Assembly: GCA_964016885.1 (NCBI GenBank) | Contig: OZ024750.1 | Coordinates: 49,476,001 to 49,540,000, forward strand | Length of the DNA stretch: 64,000 nt | Origin: Eledone cirrhosa | Lineage: Eukaryota | Direction: 5' to 3' | Shown: one piece after another, positions 54,667 to 64,000 of the stretch | How the letters are laid out: every line of letters starts with the position of its first letter | Numbering within the stretch: position 1 is the stretch's first letter | Translations under genes and position numbers: made by a program | Notes under the pieces: model-generated | The model's database searches: none | What the model was told of the DNA's origin: nothing | What the model saw: only the letters and a program-made list of their open reading frames with translations

Positions 54667-55693
54667 CACATATGTGTGTATATGTGTGCGAGTACATGTG
54701 TTTATATGCGTGTTTCCAATCGTTAATATGTTATAAACGAGTTTTTGCCTGTATTATGTAGATCTATTGTTGAATATATGTATTAAAATCAGTAAATATA
54801 TACTATAACTATGCATTCAAAATATAATGTTATACACAGAGAGAATAATCCTTTTAGGAAACCATTTAAAATTTGTTTGACTTCTATAGTTCGACATCAT
54901 TTTCTTTTTCATATATTTTTATAATATTCGTTTACAAATATTTCTTTTAAGTTAATTCTATATCTATATATTGTCATTCAAAATTGAAACATTGAATAGT
55001 GTATAACATGCTCAAGTGTAGATATAGATTTGATGTTGGCATAATCGAATATTAACCTGATAGTCTTTATATTTTTTTTAGTATTTATTTGCTGACAATT
55101 TTGTCAAAATCACAAACAAATATTGAACCGATTTGAACCGTAAATATATTTATGAGTAATGCACAACTTAAAATTGAAACTAGTTTGATCACATGTCTTA
55201 ATGAAAGCGCTTGAAATTATTATAGCTATAATTGTATGTAATATCTTTCCGTGAAAATATTTCGTCTTCACATTTCAAAATTCGAAATTTCAGTTAGACC
55301 GGCATTGGTATGACAATGTATTAATGTATATCTAATGAGCCATGCACAAAATATGAATATACTTTCAACAAGAAAGTTTCTTTACAAAATGTTTAAAATT
55401 TAATATGCTACATACCTCGATGGCTTGGCCTAAGTAATCGACTGAGAATTAATGAACCCGCAGTATAAACTTTATTCTGTAAAATATACACAGCTTAAAA
55501 TATTCACATGAAGATTTATACAGTTGTATTAAGTACTAGACCACCAGTGACACGTTGGGACACGTTCTCTTCCAAATATTTTTTTTAAAAAAATCATGTT
55601 CACTTATAAATATTTTTAAATTATTAAAATATACACAGGCATATATATAATGTGAAATTAACTGGAAGGTCCATATATAAACGTGCGTGTATG

Positions 55694-55734
<41 letters not shown>

Positions 55735-55817
55735 GTGTGTACTATATATATGTGTGTGTGTGTGTATGTGTGTGTGGGTGTCTGATCTATATAAACTGGT
55801 CAAAGACACACACGCAT

Positions 55818-55878
<61 letters not shown>

Positions 55879-56292
55879 CATACACACACTCTCATATATG
55901 TATATATACACATAGCAACACCACTAGCTTTCTCTCTCTTCCATTCTACTTCTCTCTCTCCTCTCTCTCTCTATTTCTATCTCACTCTTTCAATCTACTC
56001 TCTCACAAACACTATCGCTTTCTCTCTGTTCTTCTCTCTCTCTATTTATGAAGGTACCCGGAATAATCCCCGTATCTCGGGAACCCGTTCACCGATTTAC
56101 CCCAAAACTATTTTATTCTATTTGTATTCCCATTTCAGCGTTAACTTCCTTTCAAAGTATTTTCCCATTATGTGCCATTTTGACTGTATTACATTACAGA
56201 CATGCAAGCAAGCAATCACAGAGTTTTAGTAGTATATAGATAAACATATTGTAATGAGGACATATGCAACTTTACATTATTTAACGCATCGT

Positions 56293-56380
56293 TTTGCCTT
56301 TCATCCTCACGGGGTCGATAAAATAAAGTACCAGTAATGTACTGGATAATTGCTGGCCTTGTGCCAAAAGTAGAAACAAT
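56293..56380 (+). mobile_element. 5'-truncated SINE (same family)
   Basis: SINE 3' half ending gccaaaagtagaaac. TSD attatttaacgcatcgtt on both sides. Confidence 0.82.
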
Positions 56381-56876
56381 TATTTAACGCATCGTTGATG
56401 TTATCGCAAAAGCTATTAATGTTATCTATGATAGAAGAGTATCTTCCTACTAGAGTATTTTATTGAAGAAATAGAGGCTCGGCAGCACTTTCGGAGAGAG
56501 TGAAATTTGCCTCTTACGGGAGACATGAACTTGCGCCGATGAATTTCACTGTCATACTGAGTTCTTTAAAAATTTCGATTCACCGGCTGCAGGAAAAACA
56601 AAACACGACCAAACGAATGACTTTCCGTTTCCATGATAAGAAACAGTGTCGGAACTGTTGGAATAATAAACAAACATTCCATTACAGAATACAAATGTCA
56701 GATTTAAGTATACAAAGAGGCATTCCAGTTCCTTTAGCAAATACAAATACACACACACTGACACACATACACACACACACATACACACACATACACACAC
56801 ACAAATACACACACACATACACACACATACACACACACAGACCCACTCACACACTCACACACATACATATATATAC

Positions 56877-56976
<100 letters not shown>

Positions 56977-57087
56977 TTTAGGAGGGTCGCGAAACAAATT
57001 CAAAAACCCAGTATATAATCATAAATATGTATACATATATATATATATAAATATATTTATATATGTATATATATATATATAAGTGTA

Positions 57088-57191
<104 letters not shown>

Positions 57192-58430
57192 CCCGTATAT
57201 ATACATATATATATATGTATAATGTTTCCATAAAATAGATTTACGTGTCTTACTTGAGGAGCTTTTTATCTAACTGACTCGCCTATTTATATTTATATTT
57301 GTGTTTATATAATCATATTGATTTTAAATTTACCCAATACTTTACCTAAGAATAAATATTCAGTCAATATATGCTTTAGGTTCTTACTTCAGGGAACATC
57401 AGATTTACGGATTATATTTGTAATCTTTAGAAAATAAAATGTAGCTCTGAACATGGATCTACTACGAAAAATGAAAAAAGATTGTGAGATATTGCTCACA
57501 TTAGTGTTATTATCCATATTTTGAAATTTGGAATTCGAAAACAGTAACAAAAATAAAAAAAAATGATCATAAAACTATAATTGGCCCTTTTCTATATTTA
57601 GACAGAAACTTATATATTTTGTTTATATATCTTACATGTCTGCCTATTTCATACAGTATTGTGTATCTCATATCCACGTCATTTAAATATTATTTGACAG
57701 TAGTAAATATATTTTTGAGATGGATTTCAGGTTTTTCTTAATATTTTCCCGTATAAAAGCTGTTCTAGCATAGTTTTAATATACACAAGTTAAAGTTAAT
57801 AGAATATTATGCTCTCTATACAATATTTGTATTTCTTGGATTTCTGTAAAACTAAATCTAAATTTTCTTCTTGTTTCTTGTGGGAAACTAAGGCTACATG
57901 TGGTTATATAAATGAACCTAAAGTTTTATCTTCACCAGTTCAAGCCATACTTTAATAAAAACTATGGACCAAATCAGTGCAGAAGATTATGTGACTGCTA
58001 CTAAGTTCTATATAAGAGGATGGACGCAGCCTATTCAAATGTTTTAGCTTGTGCCTCTCAATCAGAAGTTCCATGGTTCGATTATACTGCAACGAAAAAA
58101 TATCAATATGGTATAACAACAAGAGATAACAGAACGCTACAAGGATGTATGCAACTTTTGAACAGGGAACAACAACATTAACAGAATGCATCGGTACATT
58201 CTCTTCCCCCTGTCATGACTTTATCTGTAATGGTGCGATTAACACTAAATACACTTATTGCTTATCTAATCATTTATCTCACCCATAGCTTACACAATCC
58301 CTTTTGTCTGCAGATAATTACTTCTCAACCGATAGAAAGTACCATTTCAGTAGCATCAAAGACTGTTCGATACCCGTTGGTCAACTTATCAGTCGTCACT
58401 GATTAATTTCGTAACTACAGAATATCTAGA

Positions 58431-58469
<39 letters not shown>

Positions 58470-60079
58470 TATATAACTGGAGACAGATTGTGACGACGAG
58501 GAGTGGGAGACGGTATCAGGAAAAATGAAAGAAGAAAAAGAAGCCAAAAAAGAAAACAATCCATTCCTTCCCCCTCCAAAAACAAAATACAGAGGGAAAC
58601 AAATAAACTATCAAACAAAAAAGTTAGGACAACTATGCCACCATCCATACCACCAGCATCCCCGACCCCATCACCACAAACACCAACACCATCACCATCG
58701 TTAACCCCAACACCACCATCACCAACACCACAAATGTCACCAAAAAGCGAAACAGAAACAAACCCACAACAAACGCAAACAAAACAAAACAACGAAAACT
58801 ATACACACTAAACAGCATTAAATTTGAACAACAACCAATTATTAGACTACATCCAACACAACACCAGCATCAGTGAAAAAGCCTACACAACAACCCAAAA
58901 GTTCACACCACCTCCACACATACAAATCACTCGCATCACACGGACACGACACAAACAAAAAAAATCCCCAAAGACATCGGAGACTTCCGACAAGCACTCT
59001 GCAGGAGGATTTATAAGGACATCCTTCCGGGGGAGGCCACAATCAGTGAAAAGGATGGACAAACCATCCTTCCTCTACGAGAAGCAAGGTAAGTGGACTT
59101 TCACAATTGTCAACTCCATTTCAACATAACCTCACTCAGAATAGGCAGCATAAATGCGCGTGGCTTGGGGTCGTCATTGAGGCAGGGCCACCTGCTCAAC
59201 GACCTCAGGTCACTAAACATAGATGTAGTGGCCACCCGCGAGACTAGAATCTCCGAAGCACGGGCCTTCGCACCGATCTTTAGTGTTAGTGGGCGACTGG
59301 AACGGGATCTTAGATGCACGCTGGGACTTTGTGGGATTAGAGGTCAGGGGAGGAGGGTCAAAAAGCCTCACCAACCTGCTCAGGTGTTTTGAACTGCCTG
59401 ACAGTTATCGATTGGATTTCCCGAATGTGGACTTGGACATACCGCATCGGGTCATCCAGATATATATCTAGATAAAGTATTTTGTAGGGAAATAGATAGG
59501 TCTAGTATAGGCTGTCCACAATTCAAGATAGTCAGCTACACGGACCGGAAATTCGTGATCTGTATGGTTGACTTAGATAGGTTTCTTAGAAAAGGACCCG
59601 GCCACTGGAAGCTAAACGCGTCCTTACCAGCGCGCAAGGCCTACAGAGACCGGATTAGCGAACTAGTTAAGCGGGCGCTGACGGGGTTCATCGTCAACAA
59701 CAAGTGGTGGTTTGCTCTAAAATGAGTATTTAGAATAGAGTCCATTAGGTTTAGTAAGGCTTTAGCAGTAGAGAAAAATAGAGCAGAGGGAGAAAATTAG
59801 ACGAGGCGCTTAGCAAAGGCATCGCGACCGACGTACTTGCGGCGAAATTGGCCCTTGACCAATTCTTCAATGCAAAGCACGAAGGCTGCGTTGTCAGAGC
59901 TAGGTTGCGTGCTCTCAGACACGAGGGCACGAAAGCCGTTCAATGAGCCCGAGTGAAGCAGGCGTGTCGTGGCAACAAAGCCACGATCCGGTCTTTGGTG
60001 GACCACAACGGGCGCATGCTACACGATCCCGGACAAATGTGTGAAGCTTTTATGTGACACATCACTCTGCTGTTCAGGG
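58470..60079 (+). mobile_element. Decayed second Tx1-like LINE (ORF1 3' part + ORF2 APE region)
   Basis: 59125-60079 closely matches 4323-5545 with stop codons and a ~251-nt internal deletion. The ORF1 tail is diverged but similarly P/T-rich. Confidence 0.9.
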
Positions 60080-62605
60080 ACTAAAAATAGACTGGAAATA
60101 AAGTACAAAACTAGGAGGAAAAAGCTAAATATTATCATAGAGGAACTGAAGCAACGCATTGTAGCAAAGAGTGCAAAAATCAGGCGATACGAGACCAGAG
60201 TCAGCCAGTATAGACAGAACCGCATGTTCGACAACAACCTGTTTGGACAGCTTGAAGGGAAAGAAAGAGGCAACGATTGATCCCTGAGGCGGAACAAACT
60301 AAAACATTCTGGAGAGGAATATGGCAGCAGGATGTTAAACATAATGACCAGGCAGTGTGGATTGAGACAGTACAGAAGGAGATTAGTGAACAGGCACACC
60401 AACAAGCTGATTTGAGTATCACAGTTGAAACTCTTAAGGGGCAGGCCAAAAAACTAACCAACGGGAAATCACCAGGCCCAGATGGTGTGCAGGTGTATTG
60501 GATTAAAAATATAACATCCCTCCACCGGAAACTGACAACCATGTTCAATGACTGCTTGATGGCAGGTGAGGTACCAGAGTGGTTGACAAAAGGTACCACA
60601 GTTCTGATAATGAAAGACCGACTATAGACCTATCACATGTCTGTCCGTAATGTGGAAACTGTTGACAAGCATTATGTCTGAGGAAATCTACCATCAACTC
60701 CACACAAACAACTTGTTACCGGACGAATAGAAAGGATGCCGAAAAAAGTCACGTGGTACAAAGGACCAGTTACTTATTGATAAGATGGTAATGAGGAATT
60801 GCAAGAGGAGACACACTGGTCTTGCCATGGGATGGATAGACTACAAAAAGGCATTTGACATGGTGTCTCATTCTTGCATCACCAAAAGCCTGGAGATCTT
60901 CAAGGTGGCAGATAACATCAGACAGTTGTTGGGGAAAAGTATGAAGTCCTGGGAAACAGAGTTAACAACAACTGGAGAATCCTTGGGTAGCGTGAAGATC
61001 AAGAGAGGTATCTTCCAGGGAGACAGTCTGTCCCCTCTGTTGTTTGTCTTTGCCCTGATGCCCCTGACCAGTGTACTGCGAAAAGTGAGAGCAGGATACA
61101 GATTGGGAAGGGGAGGGCTTACCATCAATCACCTCCTCTTCATGGACGATCTTAAGATCTTCGAGAAGAGTGAGAAGGAGTTGGATGTGCTTGCTGACAC
61201 TGTCCGTATGTTCAGCAATGATATATGTATGCAATTTGGTATTAGTAAGTGTGGAGTCATTGTGATGAAGAGGGGTAAATTGAGCAGAAGTAACGGAATC
61301 CAGGTACCAACAGGTGAGATGATAAAGGAAATTGACTGTGAAGAAGGATACAAGTATTTGGGTATTCTGGAGGCTGATGACATCAAGAACAAAACAATGA
61401 AGTCACATCTGAACAGTAGGAATGCCATAAGTGCAGTACATTCCCGAGCTGTGTCTATTATTAGGTACAGTGCTGGAATTCTGAGATGGAATGTTGCTGA
61501 ACAAAAAGTAATGGATAGGAAGACTGGGAAGCTATTGACTATCTACAATATGTTCCACAAGAGGAGTGATGTCGATAGACTCTACTTAAAGAGATCTGAA
61601 GGTGGACGAGGTATTATCAACATAGAGGACTGTGTTCGGATGGAGAAAAACAACCTATACAAATACGTGACTGATAGTAAGGAGCCAATGATCAGAACTG
61701 TACTGAAGGAGGAGACAATAGACCAGGGGATGTCCAAGGAGGAAATAGCATCGAGGAGCAAAGAGCAGCCTTCAGGAGAAATCCCTTCATAGTACCTTCT
61801 TTGAGAAAACTGAATTTAGAGATCCACAGACATGGAACTGGTTGAAAAGAGGAGGCCTTAAAAAGGCTACAGAAGGAATGTAAATGGCTGCGCAGGAGCA
61901 GGCCCTCAAAAGGAAGTGGTTGAAACACCATATTTACAAGGAGGAGGCTAGCCCACTGTGCATGATCTGTGGAGTGAGAGAGGAGACTGTGGCTCACATT
62001 GTATCCGAGTGTAAACACCTAGCCCAGACTCTCTATAAGGACTGCAGACATGATGCGATGGGCAGGGTGATCCACTGGCACCTATGCAAAGTAAACAATT
62101 TACCACATTCTTAGAAGTCGTATGAGCATAAGCCAGAGTCGGTGATAGAAAACGATCAGGTGAAGGTGCTGTGGGATTTTAGGATACAGACGGACAAGAA
62201 ATTGGAACACAATAAACCTGACCTGGTGGTTGTGGACAAAGAAAAAATATCGTGCTTGATTGTGGATGTGGCCTGCCCATTCGACACGAGAGTGCAAGAG
62301 AAGGAGAGGGAGAAAATTAACCGATACCAGGACTTAAAGTGGGAAGTAAAAAGGATTTGGAACTGCCATGATATCAAAGTGATCCCTATTGTCATAGGCG
62401 CACTGGGGACTATCTCAAAATGTTTCCAAGGATGGTTAAAGAAAATTGGCCCCTTAACGCTTTTTGCAACGCTTCAAAATGACATGCTTGCTGGGAACAG
62501 CAAGAACCCTCCGATACGTCCTGAATATCTGAGGCTGCAGCTAGTGGCTTGATATTCATTTCAACAAACTTTCCATTTAAATAACATCAATGAGTGAGAC
62601 TCAAA

Positions 62606-62607
<2 letters not shown>
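60080..62607 (+). mobile_element. 5'-truncated, decayed R4/Dong-clade LINE (RT + CCHC + restriction-like endonuclease)
   Basis: [68 protein letters not shown]. Followed by (TAA)n. Confidence 0.92.

Positions 62608-62647
<40 letters not shown>
62608..62647 (+). repeat. (TAA)n tail/target between two Dong-like elements
   Basis: Seen directly. Confidence 0.95.
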
Positions 62648-62648
<1 letters not shown>

Positions 62649-64000
62649 CCCAAGGAGAAAGGCTATAGGAAACGGATGCATAACATCTGGAATGAGATTG
62701 GTCTATTTAAATTAGATGAACAAAAATTGGCCGGGCAGGCTCGGCTAATAAGAACTATTGGGTGAATAAGCGAGCTGGAACTGGAGTAACTGAGCAGAAA
62801 GATTAGGTTGGAAATGGAGAGTGGAGTATGCCAGGCAAACGATCCAGTGGGAAATGAAGGTGAAGAGGTTGAAAGAACGGGGGAACCATCCGAAGCAGAC
62901 ATTGATCTGAATGCTGAAATAAATAATACCTGGAACAAAGATACGGCCATTGAGGAGATGAATGCTGACGGGCTAGGACAAGATTTGGGTGATATCCTAA
63001 ACTTAGTGGTAGATGAATTGAACAATGATAGTGGGAAACCTATGAACCTAAGATTTGTAGACAGGAATAAGTTAAAAGAAACAACAGCTAAGGTAAACAA
63101 AGTCATCTCATACCTTGAGGCGAGGAGCCTTCACCAGTGCAACAATATCCTCAAAGCAACAGCAAATGCGGTGAGGAAATTAGTTGGTATAAAAGCGAGA
63201 GGAAACAACAAACAAGAAAGATCAGAGCCTTGGTGGAAAAAACGACTGAGTGGTCAAATCAGGGAAATGAGAAATAACATTGGAAAGCTTGAGTCCCTAC
63301 TGAATGGGACACTAAAAAACATAGACACTAAAAATAGACTGTATATAAAAGTATAACACTAGGAGGAAAAAGCTAAATATTATCATAGAGGAACTGAAGC
63401 AACGCATTGTAGCAAAGAGTGCAACAATTAGGCAATACGGGAGCAGAGTCAGTCAGTATATACAGAACCGCATGTTTGACAACAACCAGAAGATGCTGTT
63501 TGGACAGCTTGAGGGGAAATAAAGAGGCAACGACTTGATCCCTGAGGCGCAACAGACTAAAACATTCTGGTGAGGAATATAGGAGCAGGATGTTAAACAT
63601 AATGACCAGGCAGTGTGGATTGAGACAGTACAGAAGGAGATTAGTGAACAGGCGCACCAAAAACTGACTTGAGTATCACAGTGGAAACTCTTAAGGGGCA
63701 GGCCAAAAAAATTAACCAACTGGAAACAACCAGGCCCAGATGGTGTGCAGGGTTATTGGATTACAAATATAACATCCCTCCACCCGAAACTGACAACCAT
63801 GTTCAATGACTGCTTGATGGCAGGTGAGGTACCAGAGTGGTTGACAAACGGTACCACAGTTCTGATAATGAAAGACCGAATCAAGGGTAATGATGTTACC
63901 AACTATAGACCTATCACATGTCTGTCCGTAATGTGGAAACTGTTGACAAGCATTATGTCTGAGGCAATCTACCATCACCTCCACACAAACAACTTGTTAC
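62648..64000 (+). mobile_element. Second decayed R4/Dong-like copy in tandem (continues beyond the window)
   Basis: GYRKRMHNIW..EQKLAGQARLI and PWWKKRL. 63328-64000 matches 60081-60718. Confidence 0.88.

Noticed and set aside
57950-58430. Complex-looking stretch on the minus strand after a possible splice acceptor (decayed exon?)
   Set aside because: Stop codons interrupt the frames I read and I recognised no motif. A BLASTx search would be needed.

Overview
AT-rich eukaryotic genomic DNA dense in (TA)n, (CA)n, (GA)n and (ATT)n microsatellites. The SINE and repeat landscape resembles octopus, which is an inference from repeat content. No host protein-coding gene could be confidently supported. 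The main feature is an endogenous parvovirus/densovirus-like element (about 9764-17359) made of three near-identical copies arranged (+)/(-)/(+). Copies 2 and 3 form a ~1.56-kb-arm palindrome around a 2-nt 'CC' apex, like a rolling-hairpin dimer bridge. The insert interrupts a tRNA-derived SINE whose 15-bp target-site duplication still brackets it. The viral gene order is unusual: a PLA2-bearing capsid ORF lies upstream of NS1 on the same strand. Canonical splice signals place the whole capsid ORF inside an intron of NS1, joining an 18-codon ATG exon in frame to the HUH/SF3 exon. Also present: a near-intact Tx1/L1-like LINE in an (ATT)n array, whose ORF2 is also bracketed by splice signals; a decayed second copy; R4/Dong-like RLE LINEs; RTE and CRE fragments; several Penelope-like GIY-YIG elements; many type I hammerhead ribozyme motifs; and several long inverted repeats.
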